Virus record (IMG/VR): IMGVR_UViG_3300030521_000004
Span: 1-40,670 of that record
Direction: 5' to 3' (one strand)
From: a virus
Length of the DNA: 40,670 nt
Shown here: piece after piece, positions 8,797 through 17,292 of the stretch
Layout: every line of letters begins with the position of its first letter
How positions within the stretch are numbered: the stretch's first letter is position 1
The notes under the pieces: generated by a model
What the model was told of the DNA's origin: nothing
The model's database searches: none
The model's input: only the letters and a program-made list of their open reading frames with translations
Program-made: the position numbers and the translations under genes

Positions 8797-10476
8797 CTAT
8801 CGCTTGGGCTTAGGCCCCGGCCTGGAAGATTGCGGATTCTTCGCTCTCTCCTGTGCCTCGGCTGCAGCACGTTCACGATATCGCGCAATCAGTCTATCCT
8901 CTGACGGAGGATGCGTCAAGGCGATTAGGTCTTCTCCGTCAATGGCACCGGACTTCTGCAGCGCGAACGCCTTGTTGGTCGCTTCCTCGCTGAATGCCGG
9001 CGACGAAGAATGCGAGTCCACGATCACATGCGCGTCCTGCGGCAGTTGGGAAAGCATGAACTTCTGCTCGGCCGGACCCTTCCCCGTCGTGAGAATGGTA
9101 GGCACCTTGGCCTGCAGGATCTTGAACCCGAGATCGCCCATGTCGGCGCACTGGTCTTCGACCACGAGCGCGCGGTCTCTGAGCCGCGGGGAGCCGGTGC
9201 GCACCAGAGTCTGCGCGTGGACGCCGGCGCGCACGCCAGCCTCCCCCTGACCCTGCATGATCGGCGAGAACCCGCCAACGTCGTCCATGTATTTCAGGAT
9301 CGCATCCACCTGCTGCAGCAGATCCGGCGGCAGATCCGGCGCCAGCCGCTCGATCTTGCCGTTGGGCGTCGGGTCGCTCATGAACCCGCCGCGGCGCATC
9401 AGGGCCAGATGCTTCTCGCGGGTCATGCCGGTAATGCCGATATAGCCCATCGGCGGACGGGCGCGGAGACTGAGAAGGTCGTTCACGTCGGCGACCCGCA
9501 TGTTCAGCACGTCCTGCAGCGTGGACAGATTCGCCAGTTCGCTGCGGCCCCAGAAATAGCCGTCGATCGGCATCGAGCACATCTCGAAAAACGGATGCTC
9601 GGCCTTCACGTCGCAGAGGTTCCGGTGTTTGTAGCGGCCCTCGGTGATGATACTACCGCCGCTCTGGCCGGCGCCGCCAAAGCTCACGATGGTGGTGTAG
9701 TCCTCGCGCTCGTCATCCCATACCCAAAGCTCGTCGCGCTTCACCAGCGACGCCATCACCTGCGGGTCGAGCTGGGGCACCGGGCCGCCAGTCACGCCGA
9801 CCATGCCTTTTTGCGGCGTCACGGGCGGAGACGTAGTCACCGGCTGCAGGCCGCCCATGATGATCTGGTGAACGAAGCTGCCGGGGCGAGTCTCGTCGGT
9901 ATCCGATTGCATGGAAGACGCCAGTTCCTTCAGCATCTTCTGCTCGTCTGGGTGCCCGTCGAGCTGGCGGCGGACCTGGTCCAGCGGGTGCCAGGTCGTC
10001 ATCAGGAAGCATTCCTGCTCGTCCAGCTCGGACTCGGCCTCGTTGTAGACGCCGAAGTTATCCGGCTGCACGAGGTGAGGGGTGAGACCCTTGCCGCCCC
10101 AAGTCAGCTTGCCGAGACATTTCCCCTTGATGTTGCCGTAGTCCAGCCCTTGGCTGAACGTCATCGTGGAGGATTTCAGTTTCTTGGTGATGTACTTGCC
10201 TGCGCGGTCGCCCTGCGCGGTCGCGATCTCGTCGTCCGTCTCCTCGTAGTCGATCGTGTAACGGACATCGATCGGCGAAAAGAGGTAGCTCGTGAGCCGG
10301 TCAACGTCGGCGTAGCATTTGTTGTACTGCGCCGGGTTCGCGTCCGCGGTGCCGCTGTAATAGTAGTTCGACCAGAACGCATACTGGGATATGCGGTTGG
10401 CGCGCGACGCCGAGCACGCGTGAATTTGCTCGTCGTTGAAGTCGCGGAGCTTCTTGATTTTCTGCGGGACTTGCAC
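8797..10476 (-). CDS. portal protein, 559 aa
   Basis: GTG start 3 nt after the upstream stop; size and position downstream of terL and upstream of scaffold/capsid. Confidence 0.7.
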   Translation of the reverse strand: MQVPQKIKKLRDFNDEQIHACSASRANRISQYAFWSNYYYSGTADANPAQYNKCYADVDRLTSYLFSPIDVRYTIDYEETDDEIATAQGDRAGKYITKKLKSSTMTFSQGLDYGNIKGKCLGKLTWGGKGLTPHLVQPDNFGVYNEAESELDEQECFLMTTWHPLDQVRRQLDGHPDEQKMLKELASSMQSDTDETRPGSFVHQIIMGGLQPVTTSPPVTPQKGMVGVTGGPVPQLDPQVMASLVKRDELWVWDDEREDYTTIVSFGGAGQSGGSIITEGRYKHRNLCDVKAEHPFFEMCSMPIDGYFWGRSELANLSTLQDVLNMRVADVNDLLSLRARPPMGYIGITGMTREKHLALMRRGGFMSDPTPNGKIERLAPDLPPDLLQQVDAILKYMDDVGGFSPIMQGQGEAGVRAGVHAQTLVRTGSPRLRDRALVVEDQCADMGDLGFKILQAKVPTILTTGKGPAEQKFMLSQLPQDAHVIVDSHSSSPAFSEEATNKAFALQKSGAIDGEDLIALTHPPSEDRLIARYRERAAAEAQERAKNPQSSRPGPKPKR

Positions 10477-10479
10477 GGT

Positions 10480-11097
10480 CTAGGGCTTCCATTTCGCCAT
10501 GATGCCGGAGCGCAGCGGGTCGCGAGTCTGATGCTTCATGGCCTTGTGCAACATGCCGGTAGGCGACTCGCCGCCGGTCAGCGCTTTGCCTTGCGCCGTC
10601 GCGACCTTCGCCGCCTGGTAGGCCGGGGACTGGGTGAGTGGGACAACGTTGCCGGTGTTCGCTGGGGGTGCGCCGACAAGCTGCGTCGGAGCCTGCAGTG
10701 GCGCGGTCGGGTCGGTCAGCGACTGGCCGGTAGCGCCGAGGAACTCGGCCATCTGCGGACTCACGGTGCCGGCCGAGCGATTCGCGAGCTGGCGCATGGC
10801 GTCAACGGTCTGGTGCATCACGGCATCACTATTCGCCTGCGACGGCGTAGGCGGCCCCATGGCGACGGACTCGCCATCGCGGGTGTTGTCCTTCATGTTG
10901 GTCAGGCCCATCTGCTCGGCCGTCTTCTGCGCAATATCGACCGCGCGCGACTTGTTCGTTTTGATGCGCAGGGGCTTCGGGACCCACTCGGCCTTGACGG
11001 TGCAGACCGGGCACGGCGGATAGGGTTCGTCGCTGGAATCGTGCGTCACGGTCCATTCCAGCGTGCAGGCGTCGCAGGCATAGGTGCGGCGGATCAT
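10480..11097 (-). CDS. zinc-ribbon protein, 205 aa (FmdB-like CxxC...CPxC N-terminus)
   Basis: N-terminus MIRRTYACDAC...PPCPVC followed by a low-complexity tail. Confidence 0.6.
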   Translation of the reverse strand: MIRRTYACDACTLEWTVTHDSSDEPYPPCPVCTVKAEWVPKPLRIKTNKSRAVDIAQKTAEQMGLTNMKDNTRDGESVAMGPPTPSQANSDAVMHQTVDAMRQLANRSAGTVSPQMAEFLGATGQSLTDPTAPLQAPTQLVGAPPANTGNVVPLTQSPAYQAAKVATAQGKALTGGESPTGMLHKAMKHQTRDPLRSGIMAKWKP

Positions 11098-11330
11098 GCC
11101 GGGACCCTCGTCTCTGACCTAGGCCCGGTGTAATTCTTCCGCCAGTGTCCGACGTGCCAGTAGTGGCAGAACTTGCAGCGATAGACCTGCAGGTTCTTCA
11201 CGCCACGTGGGTCTGATTTCTTCTCCACCAAGGACGCGAGTTGCATGCCGGCCGACACGATGGAGCCGTGCTTTTTCTTCTTGCCGCACTGGCGGTCGGC
11301 CTGACCGTGCTCGACTCTCACCTCGATCAC
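11094..11330 (-). CDS. small Cys/His zinc-binding protein, 78 aa
   Basis: GTG 11330 overlaps the terL TGA as GTGA. Motif C-x6-H ... YRCKFCHYWHVGH. Track ORF 11094..11531 extends spuriously into terL. Confidence 0.5.
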   Translation of the reverse strand: MIEVRVEHGQADRQCGKKKKHGSIVSAGMQLASLVEKKSDPRGVKNLQVYRCKFCHYWHVGHWRKNYTGPRSETRVPA

Positions 11331-13204
11331 CCATTCCCCAGATAGTACGGATTGGCCCACATCCGGCGGTCTTCCATCTCGGTGCGCTGGATCTCGCGTT
11401 GCCGGAAAAAGTCCGTGATGATGTGCCCGTGCAAGGTCTTCGCGCGCCCCGATTCCTCGTTGGCTTCCATCTCGGCCTGCGTCACTTGGAGATAGTTCAT
11501 CTGGTTGGCGATGAGGCCGGGCCGCATCCAATCATACCACGCCTTGTTCGCCAGCGCAGTGGCGAAAACCCGGTCATCCTTGCCCCGGCCGGCGGCCTCG
11601 ATCGAATCGCCGTCCTGGATGACCTTCGACATCTCCTCCAGGAGCGGCATCGACCGAACCCGGAGGATCTTGGTCGCGTAGGCGTCGCGGAGCTGATTCA
11701 GGATCAGGGTCTTGTTCTCGCTGTTGGTCTTCCAGTTCTGCACATACCCGGCGCGGCCAGGGCTATCCGGCCGGTTCCAGAGGTACCAGCGCACGTTATC
11801 GAAGATCGACAGGAGCACACCTTTCTCACCGTCTCTGGCGGCCGAGAGGGCTCCGGCGTCCAGCAAGTCCCGGAGGTGCCGCAGCTCCTGCACGATGGCG
11901 CCGCCTGGGCCGGTGATCTCGAGATTCACCATGCAGTTCCGGTAGACGCCGCAGAGATGCGCCAGTACCCAGGCAATCTGGTAGGTCTCCGGGTTATCCG
12001 TCGCGTACTCGGCCACCTGCACCATGGCGTCGGCAAAGCAGCGCCATATTTCGATGGCGTGCCGGTCCTTGTGCTCGGAGCGGCCAAACGCCGGATCAAC
12101 GCCGATCGCATAGACGCCGTTCACATGCGGCTCCTCCCAGACCCGAAGGTCGGCCAGATCCGCGCGGGTCACCTGCTCGATATCGGTCGCAAGGAAGTCG
12201 GCGCCGAGGTGGTAGCGGTAGGCGCGGTACGGCGCCTCGGACGTGAACTGCATATCCGAGCTGAGCTGCTTCAGCGGGAAGAAGCTCTGCCCGGTCGCAA
12301 CAAACGCCTCGTCCTCGGTCCATGGGTAGGACTGCGCCATCGCGGTCTCTGACATGCTGGACGCGGTGAAGCGGTGCCAGGCGACCTGCGCGGACTTCAG
12401 TTTCACGCCGTACTTATCGCGGACCTTGGCGTATTTCTCTTTCTCCTCGTCGGTCAGCGAGCCGTCCCAATATTCCTTGTAAATCTTCTTGCCCTGCGGC
12501 ATGGCGTCGGTCGAGTAGACCTCTTTGGCCCACCAGCCGATGAAGAAGAATTTCTGGGTAATCGGGTTGTCCTTGGCGCGGCGGACCATGTCGTACCACA
12601 TGTTGAAGCCGCGAGCGGTGGACTCGTAGATGTAAAGCCGGTTCGGATGCTGGATCGCCAGCGTGTTCAGGAAGTCGTCAATCGCGTCCGGGTCGCCGTA
12701 GTTGCTGACCTCCGTCGCGTGTAGGAAGTTGTACGCGCGCGAGACCGCGACACCGCCCTTGCGCTTCTTCTTGCCGGCTACGACATAGTCCAGCGTCGAG
12801 CCGTTGTTGAGCACCAGCCCGTTGCGATTCTCGGTCTTGATGCCGACGCGCAGGCCCTTGGGCAGCGAGTTGATGCAGCGGGAGAGGATGGTGCGGAATT
12901 TCTCGCGGTTCGATTCATCGTCGGTCAGAAGGCAGCCTTGCGTGCCTTCGTAAACCGAGAGCCAGAAGATATCGATCGGCAGAACGATGGTGGTGATGCC
13001 GAGCTGCCGGGCTTTCAGGCATTTGAAATCTCGAACGTTGCGTTCGAGACCCTCACATATTTCCGAGAGAAAGAGGTTTTGAGCGCCGTAGATGTTCTCT
13101 TCGGTGAGCTTCGTTATGCCGGTCTCTTTCGAGTCGATCGACATATGCGAGATATATTCGCGGAACAGTTTCTCCCAACGCTGGGTCGTGGGGGTGCGGG
13201 GCAT
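11327..13204 (-). CDS. terL: terminase large subunit, 625 aa
   Basis: Terminase-type Walker A (CLKARQLGITT), acidic Walker-B-like segments, size, and position upstream of portal. Confidence 0.88.
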   Translation of the reverse strand: MPRTPTTQRWEKLFREYISHMSIDSKETGITKLTEENIYGAQNLFLSEICEGLERNVRDFKCLKARQLGITTIVLPIDIFWLSVYEGTQGCLLTDDESNREKFRTILSRCINSLPKGLRVGIKTENRNGLVLNNGSTLDYVVAGKKKRKGGVAVSRAYNFLHATEVSNYGDPDAIDDFLNTLAIQHPNRLYIYESTARGFNMWYDMVRRAKDNPITQKFFFIGWWAKEVYSTDAMPQGKKIYKEYWDGSLTDEEKEKYAKVRDKYGVKLKSAQVAWHRFTASSMSETAMAQSYPWTEDEAFVATGQSFFPLKQLSSDMQFTSEAPYRAYRYHLGADFLATDIEQVTRADLADLRVWEEPHVNGVYAIGVDPAFGRSEHKDRHAIEIWRCFADAMVQVAEYATDNPETYQIAWVLAHLCGVYRNCMVNLEITGPGGAIVQELRHLRDLLDAGALSAARDGEKGVLLSIFDNVRWYLWNRPDSPGRAGYVQNWKTNSENKTLILNQLRDAYATKILRVRSMPLLEEMSKVIQDGDSIEAAGRGKDDRVFATALANKAWYDWMRPGLIANQMNYLQVTQAEMEANEESGRAKTLHGHIITDFFRQREIQRTEMEDRRMWANPYYLGNG

Positions 13205-13329
13205 TACCAGAGTTGAACGAGCGCGTTCCCGGTAGCCTGGAGCACGACGGCGCCGACCGTGTCGCAGCCCGCGAGAAGTGCGCAGGGCGAGCAGAGCGCC
13301 AGCATCAAAACAATTCTAGCCAGACGCAT
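13204..13329 (-). CDS. 41-aa lipoprotein micro-gene (lipobox LLAGC)
   Basis: Hand translation gives MRLARIVLMLALCSPCALLAGCDTVGAVVLQATGNALVQLW. TGATG overlap upstream and TAATG overlap with terL. Below the track's size cutoff. Confidence 0.45.
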   Translation of the reverse strand: MRLARIVLMLALCSPCALLAGCDTVGAVVLQATGNALVQLW

Positions 13330-13784
13330 CACTCCACCCCCACCTCAACGTCGCCATGCTTCGCCAGCGCCTCGGCGATCTGGTCATAGGGCTCGCGGCC
13401 GTCAGCGGCGACCGTCGCCATCGCGCGGATCGCCACGATGTGCTCACGCGACAGGCGAATCGGGAACCCGCCGAACACCTCGCCCAACGCACGGTGCACT
13501 GCGGCAAACGACGTGCCGAGAAACGTGACGCGCCGGGGCGTGGTCAGCGGGCGCCAGGACATCTGGGTGGGCGGGAGCAGGTCGCTAGCTTGCTCGTTCG
13601 CCAGGTTCAACGCCTGCGAGACTGAAACGGGTGGGCCAAGTGGCGTCATCACCTCGCCGTTGCCAACACTTGGCCCGCCCTGAGTCCGCAGCGTTCCAGG
13701 AGACTGCCCGACCGGAACCCGGCGGATCGTCCCACCTACGTTTTGAATGGTGCCGCGGGAGTCGCTAGAATTATTGCTCATCAC
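13329..13784 (-). CDS. hypothetical protein, 151 aa (small-terminase candidate by position only)
   Basis: Track ORF; ATGA overlap with the upstream gene. Confidence 0.55.
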   Translation of the reverse strand: MMSNNSSDSRGTIQNVGGTIRRVPVGQSPGTLRTQGGPSVGNGEVMTPLGPPVSVSQALNLANEQASDLLPPTQMSWRPLTTPRRVTFLGTSFAAVHRALGEVFGGFPIRLSREHIVAIRAMATVAADGREPYDQIAEALAKHGDVEVGVE

Positions 13785-14035
13785 GCGCTCCCCGCCACGT
13801 CACCAGTCGCCAACACCCCGGCGCGCTCGGCCTGCGCCAGAGCTGCATCCATCAGGGCCAGGCGCCGGCGCATCTCGACCTCGCCGCGGCCCAAGCCCTT
13901 CGCCGACATCATCCTCGCCAGCACGATCACATCGTTGATCGCCGCGGCCACCACCATCTGCGGGTCCGCCGCCTGATCGGGGTCAAGCTCTACGCCGACC
14001 GGGACCGCCGGCAGACCGTTCATACCCTGAGTCAT
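13781..14035 (-). CDS. hypothetical protein, 84 aa
   Basis: Track ORF 13781..14080 trimmed to ATG 14035, 1 nt after the upstream TAG. Confidence 0.5.
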   Translation of the reverse strand: MTQGMNGLPAVPVGVELDPDQAADPQMVVAAAINDVIVLARMMSAKGLGRGEVEMRRRLALMDAALAQAERAGVLATGDVAGSA

Positions 14036-14036
14036 C

Positions 14037-14327
14037 CTAGCCACCCCTCTCAATCCGCTCCAAAGCATCCGCCAGCGCACCGATCAATGGCGACGCCTCG
14101 CCCGTACCATCCCAGCGCCGCGCCGCCGCCAACAGCCGTGCGTCAGCCGTGCGCTGCGGCACCTCAAGGTAGTTTAGAAGCTGGTCGGCGACCGCGAGAA
14201 CGATCGCGCCCATCCTCTCAGGGTCCGTGGGCGCCCATCCGCCGATCGCCACAGCCTGCTCCACCGCCCACGCCCGGCGTGCCGACAAGGACAGCACCAG
14301 GGAACCGTAGTCCGACTCGTCAGGCAT
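14037..14327 (-). CDS. hypothetical protein, 96 aa
   Basis: Track ORF trimmed to ATG 14327 with TAGGAG RBS 5 nt upstream. Confidence 0.55.
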   Translation of the reverse strand: MPDESDYGSLVLSLSARRAWAVEQAVAIGGWAPTDPERMGAIVLAVADQLLNYLEVPQRTADARLLAAARRWDGTGEASPLIGALADALERIERGG

Positions 14328-14544
14328 CCAAACTCCTATCGCCGCAAGTATCACCAAGGGTCACCAGAACCACACTACGCTGAATTACGGTCACAGGCAA
14401 GCTCTGGGCGAACGGCGACTCTCCACGTACATAACCAGCCAATATCAAACACTTAGTCAGACACAGAATTTCTTCTGGGGGAGGATTGAAGTGGGTGCTT
14501 ACATTCACATCGATCGCGGGCCACCGCTCCCCAGCGTCTTGCGT

Positions 14545-14760
14545 TCAGTCTGGCACCCCGGCCTTGCGCTGCCGGCGCCGCACCCTACCGATCGTAGCGT
14601 ACGCGACGCTCACCCCCTGTCGGTGCAGCCACATGTACAGTTCGTCATCTGATTGATCCGATTGTCTAATGTGTCTCACCATGTCGTCGGTGAGCTTCCT
14701 CGACCGCGTGTGTGGACGGTAAGGACCTCGCTTGACGCCTGGTTTGGAGCCGCCTGCCAT
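14545..14760 (-). CDS. small basic HTH-like DNA-binding protein, 71 aa; first gene of the late block
   Basis: Track ORF (TTG 14796) trimmed to ATG 14760; the TTG codon is itself the -35 hexamer of a candidate promoter. Confidence 0.55.
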   Translation of the reverse strand: MAGGSKPGVKRGPYRPHTRSRKLTDDMVRHIRQSDQSDDELYMWLHRQGVSVAYATIGRVRRRQRKAGVPD

Positions 14761-14796
14761 GGCGTGAATAATGGCTCCAGCACCGGAGCGCGTCAA
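14761..14796 (-). promoter_or_regulatory. candidate sigma70-type promoter TTGACG-N17-CATTAT, 7 nt from ATG 14760 (leaderless geometry)
   Basis: Hexamers read on the minus strand at 14796-14791 and 14773-14768. Confidence 0.4.
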
Positions 14797-15062
14797 GCAG
14801 TGAATTAAGTGCGCGCGTAATTCTTATTATGTAATATCGTCATTCATAACGAAATCAACATCTTAGACTGTGATTTACCCTAATCTGGCTCTGGTCTAGC
14901 CGTTTTACGCACGATTCTGATCCAGTTTTACGCAAACGTGGCCGATTTGGTGACGTCCCGTCTCACTGTGTGACACGGCGTTTGGTGCATGTTGCAGCGC
15001 AGTAGTGAGGCGAAACTTGGCGGTCGGGCAGTGCGTGTCGCATCTCAATTAACCAGAATTCA

Positions 15063-15247
15063 GTTAACTCTCGGACAGATTTGGACAGAAATTCGGACAT
15101 CTTCGGACAGCTACGGACAAGTGTTAACGTCTCGGACATCCTTTTTATGGACAGACATGGACAGGGCTATATATAGCCTGTCCTGTCCTGTCCAAAATGT
15201 CGGACAAGTGTTAACAAACGAAAGAAAGTTACGAATGTCTCGTTAAC
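15063..15247. repeat. Iteron-like array: 12 GGACA/TGTCC units, 4 GTTAAC sites, a 15-bp direct repeat and a 25-bp palindrome
   Basis: GGACA starts at 15073, 15083, 15095, 15105, 15115, 15134, 15149, 15159, 15202. TGTCC starts at 15179, 15184, 15189. CGGACAAGTGTTAAC at 15114-15128 and 15201-15215. Confidence 0.9.
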
Positions 15248-16335
15248 CATGAGTAATCCATCCAGGACCCGATCATCCCGACCTTGGTGAGATCGTCCAC
15301 ACCGCGCTTGAAATTGCGGTCTTTGGACCCGGGCTTGGCACCGCCGATATCGCGGGCTCTATATTCGTCCCGCCACATGGCGTTCTTGGCGACAATGACG
15401 TTGGTCGGGATGTGGCTGCTCGGGGGTGCGGGCTCACCATTCGCGGCGAGGACATTCTGCAGGCAGCGCAGGGCGAGATGGGCAGAGGGGCGCAATTTAT
15501 CGATGGTTTTGCGCTTGTCTTTGGCGGCCGGCACGTCGGGATCCGGGGTGTACTCTTCAACAATGCAGCTCGTGACTGGATCACCGCGGTCGTTTTTGCC
15601 CAGCTCGACGGGGTAGAGCTTGAAGGTGAATTCGCCTGCAACCTCAAGATCGCGCTGTTTGCTGACCGTGGCGATGCTCATGGATCCAGTGCCGTTAGCT
15701 TGCTTGCTGACCTCTATTTCCGTGTCGATCGCTCCGCGGAGGCTGCTATGGCCGCGCATTCCCTTGGCCGTGTCCTTGCCGCAATGGTGGATCAACATCA
15801 CATGCGCCTGGGTCTCTTGGCGGATGAAGTCAACGTTTGAGACAAGCGCCGTCATGTCCTCTGGGCTGTTCTCATTGCCGCCAGGCATGGCACGGCTAAG
15901 CGTGTCCACAATCACCATCCTGACCGGCTCATCGATGCGGTCGGCGGCGTCAAGAATTGCGTGAATCATGGATCTAACATCGCCTTCAGGATCCATGAGA
16001 TTGAGAGTGGAAGTCACAATCCCGAATGGGATCCTGGCCGAGTCTTCCTTGCTGATTCCGTGGTGCTGGACATAGGCGGCAATGCGATTCTTAGCACCGT
16101 ACCCGCCTTCCAGCGCGCAGTAGATCACACCACCTTGCATCACCTCGCGGCCAAAGAATGGCGCCCCGCGGGCGACGCTTAACCCGAGTTCCAGCGCGAA
16201 GAACGTTTTACCGCAATTGGGCTCGCCATAGATGACGCTGGCCGTGCCGTTGCCGAGCAGGCCGGACACGAAATCGTGCGTCTCCAGTGACGCTGAAATG
16301 TCATGAAGCCAAATAAGCTCAATATGTTGGGGCAT
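15229..16335 (-). CDS. RecA-fold replicative helicase, RepA/AAA_25-like, 368 aa
   Basis: Walker A GEPNCGKT, Walker-B-like VRMVIVDTLS, and the IHHCGKD segment typical of RepA-like helicases. Confidence 0.75.
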   Translation of the reverse strand: MPQHIELIWLHDISASLETHDFVSGLLGNGTASVIYGEPNCGKTFFALELGLSVARGAPFFGREVMQGGVIYCALEGGYGAKNRIAAYVQHHGISKEDSARIPFGIVTSTLNLMDPEGDVRSMIHAILDAADRIDEPVRMVIVDTLSRAMPGGNENSPEDMTALVSNVDFIRQETQAHVMLIHHCGKDTAKGMRGHSSLRGAIDTEIEVSKQANGTGSMSIATVSKQRDLEVAGEFTFKLYPVELGKNDRGDPVTSCIVEEYTPDPDVPAAKDKRKTIDKLRPSAHLALRCLQNVLAANGEPAPPSSHIPTNVIVAKNAMWRDEYRARDIGGAKPGSKDRNFKRGVDDLTKVGMIGSWMDYSWLTRHS

Positions 16336-16496
16336 TTGTCACGGCAGGTTCCCTGGTAACGGTTGCAGGCCCCCGGGGCGGGCGAGCTGGCCGTTACTCC
16401 AGCCCGCCCTATTCCCGAGGGGAATACCGCGGTGCGCGCCGCGGCCAAGACAGAGTATCCGAATTCGGAGCGTGACTGAAGCGTGAATCGTGCCAG

Positions 16497-16871
16497 CTAC
16501 CGCAGCGGAGGCCGGTCTTTCCAGACGGTCTCCAGGGCGGTCCAGCGTGCGCCTTGCGTCGTGGCCCACCTGAGCGTCCGGACCCCGGCAACGTCGAGCA
16601 CGGGGCAAATGGCGCGCAGTATGGCGGCATCTCGCTGGCTTGCCGGCCAGAGCGTTACATCGGCCCCTAGGAGCGGCAGGTAGAGCGGCCAGCTCTCAAC
16701 GGCCGTCCACAGCTCGCACTCGTCAGGAAGGCTTAAAACCGCGGCGCGGGGGTAATTCTCCTGCACGTCTGGCCGCTGGTCAGGATCTGAGACCAGGATC
16801 ACCGGGGCCGGAGGGCCTGACCACTCTGCGACGCCGACGAGGTCTTCCCAGCTATCCATGCTGCTCGACAT
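16497..16871 (-). CDS. hypothetical protein, about 124 aa
   Basis: Track ORF 16497..16913 trimmed to ATG 16871 (alternative ATG 16859); overlaps the VRR-NUC stop. Confidence 0.5.
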   Translation of the reverse strand: MSSSMDSWEDLVGVAEWSGPPAPVILVSDPDQRPDVQENYPRAAVLSLPDECELWTAVESWPLYLPLLGADVTLWPASQRDAAILRAICPVLDVAGVRTLRWATTQGARWTALETVWKDRPPLR

Positions 16872-17292
16872 AAGCCTTCGCCTCCAAACAGACCTTGAAC
16901 GCATGTGCAGCATCGGCGGCGACTACGAAGATCACATTCCCCTCGGCCAAGAAATCGGCGTTCTCCTTCTGCTCCGGCGAGAGCCGCCCGCTGCCTGTCT
17001 TCACCTCGATCATGACGACGAGCGGTCGCTTGAAGCCGGGCGGGCGCCAGAGAAGCTCGATATCGGTATCTCCTTTGACGCCCACCGTGACGTGGACCCA
17101 CTTGCCGTGTTTCTTGATCGGATTCCCGAGTCTGTCCGCGAGGACGTAGCGCGCGGTGTTGCGCTTGCGGATCAGCTTCCAGCCCGGCAGCTTCTGCAGC
17201 GCGTGGCGGATTGAGAGGGCGGCCTTCGTGTGCTCGCTCGGCTTCCATTTGTCCGTCGGTGCAATTGGATTCGCCATGGCTCGACCCATCAT
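16852..17292 (-). CDS. VRR-NUC domain nuclease
   Basis: PD-(D/E)xK-type core GDTDIELLW ... VMIEVKTGSGRLSPEQ. Start ambiguous: track uses TTG 17349 inside the upstream gene; ATG 17292 chosen. Confidence 0.7.
   Translation of the reverse strand: MMGRAMANPIAPTDKWKPSEHTKAALSIRHALQKLPGWKLIRKRNTARYVLADRLGNPIKKHGKWVHVTVGVKGDTDIELLWRPPGFKRPLVVMIEVKTGSGRLSPEQKENADFLAEGNVIFVVAADAAHAFKVCLEAKAYVEQHG

Noticed and set aside
14320-14508. 62-aa minus-strand ORF in the 217-nt gap between the HTH gene and the next late gene
   Set aside because: It has a GTG start without an RBS, weak codon signal in a low-GC stretch, and overlaps the strong RBS and start at 14327. It could be a small accessory gene, but the sequence alone does not support it.
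14989-15246. 85-aa plus-strand ORF spanning the GGACA array
   Set aside because: Its periodic sequence (..RTSSDSYGQVLTSRTS..) simply translates the DNA repeats. It has no RBS and lies in the AT-rich non-coding region.
15063-15247. Possible CRISPR array
   Set aside because: The repeat units are only 5-15 bp, spaced one helical turn apart, with no spacer-sized unique segments. The pattern is iteron/operator-like, not CRISPR.
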